From Candidatus Poseidoniaceae archaeon (GTDB lineage Archaea; Thermoplasmatota; Poseidoniia; Poseidoniales; Poseidoniaceae), in contig CALSTM010000002.1 of NCBI GenBank assembly GCA_943789275.1, positions 1-32,000 on the forward strand: 32,000 bases of DNA, given 5' to 3'. Under the pieces are notes generated by a model. That model did not search any database, was not told the DNA's origin, and saw only the letters and a list, made by a program, of their open reading frames with translations. Shown in pieces: positions 31,421 to 32,000 of the stretch. Position 1 is the stretch's first letter, and every line of letters begins with the position of its first letter. The translations under genes were made by a program, and so were the position numbers.

Positions 31421-32000
31421 TTTCTTCTATCAGAGCGCGTGCAGTGTGGCGTATGGCCTCTTCACTGTTGTACCGTACATCATATCCTGAGGAAAGCATC
31501 TTATCAATCCCAAGCATTGCCCGAGGAATATCACCAGCCCACCCACGGTCACCACCTGTGTACTCGATGGATGCATCATGGCAACCGGTTTCTTCAACGA
31601 CTATTTCGGCAATTCGTCGAACAGACGCAGTATCGTGTGAACCGAGATTAAACAGATTCAGCGGTTCATCGGTATGCTTCATGACATGAAGGATTCCATC
31701 AACGCAATCTTCGACTTCCATGTACGACTTCTCTTGCCGTCCGTTTCCGAGAACCTCAAGCCGAGAGGGGTCGGATTTGAGTTTGTGGATGAAATCAAAA
31801 ATTACACCGTGCGTACCTCGAGTACCGATGATGTTTGCAAAACGGAAGATCCATGCTTGGAGTCCGAACGTCCCGACCCAACTGCTGATGAGACCTTCTC
31901 CGGCCTGTTTGCTTGCACCGTAAAGTGAAATGGGCATGCAAGGACCGTGGTTTTCAGGTGTTGGGAGTGGAGCATCTTCACCGTAAACAACCGAAGAGGA
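31401..32000 (-). CDS. NAD-dependent epimerase/dehydratase (extended SDR, GalE-like), C-terminal part; the 5' end lies beyond the window
   Basis: The frame stays open to position 32000: SSSVVYGEDAPLPTPENHGPCMPISLYGASKQAGE contains the SDR S ... YxxxK catalytic motif. The Met at 31937 in the track is therefore internal. Confidence 0.8.
   Translation of the reverse strand, partial: SSSVVYGEDAPLPTPENHGPCMPISLYGASKQAGEGLISSWVGTFGLQAWIFRFANIIGTRGTHGVIFDFIHKLKSDPSRLEVLGNGRQEKSYMEVEDCVDGILHVMKHTDEPLNLFNLGSHDTASVRRIAEIVVEETGCHDASIEYTGGDRGWAGDIPRAMLGIDKMLSSGYDVRYNSEEAIRHTARALIEEIGMPRR

Noticed and set aside
1-32000. CRISPR arrays, IS elements, integrase or transposase genes
   Set aside because: I saw no spaced direct repeats of CRISPR size. 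The only tandem repeat is the 11-bp array, which is far too short and has no spacers. No DDE/transposase, tyrosine-recombinase or serine-recombinase motifs appear in any listed ORF.

Overview
The window is an archaeal chromosomal segment. The evidence is aEF-1beta, Cbf5, RNA polymerase subunit L (Rpo11), archaeal-type CMP kinase, a DUF106/Oxa1-superfamily membrane protein, TruD, RlmE/FtsJ, and a tRNA-His with a genome-encoded G-1. Giant Kelch/CARDB surface proteins, an MMPL/RND exporter and bacterial-type RibA suggest a planktonic Thermoplasmatota-like organism, but that placement is weak inference. Positions ~6000-32000 are mostly ordinary housekeeping and envelope genes. They include two sub-clusters worth noting. 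One is an archaeosortase-like protein with candidate C-terminally anchored cargo. The other is an extracytoplasmic thiol-oxidoreductase cluster (VKOR plus three thioredoxin-like or secreted proteins). The unusual part is 1-5988, a block of at least nine co-directional minus-strand ORFs with no housekeeping identity. Its centre is a 1140-aa protein that fuses a caspase-like CHAT protease domain (HFCGH ... LNACKSG) to an NB-ARC/STAND-like P-loop NTPase and a ~650-aa unclassifiable helical region. Upstream lie an HNH-nuclease protein translationally coupled to a very acidic 98-aa protein, and a 6 x 11-bp tandem repeat array. Downstream is a chain of four overlap-coupled Cys-rich or zinc-ribbon miniproteins, three of them absent from the ORF track (two under the 60-aa cutoff, one cut by the window edge). 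I interpret this block as a candidate defence or abortive-infection island, or a virus-derived element. It sits next to the conserved DUF106-cmk-cbf5 array. All functional calls come from motif recognition by eye; no database search was run.
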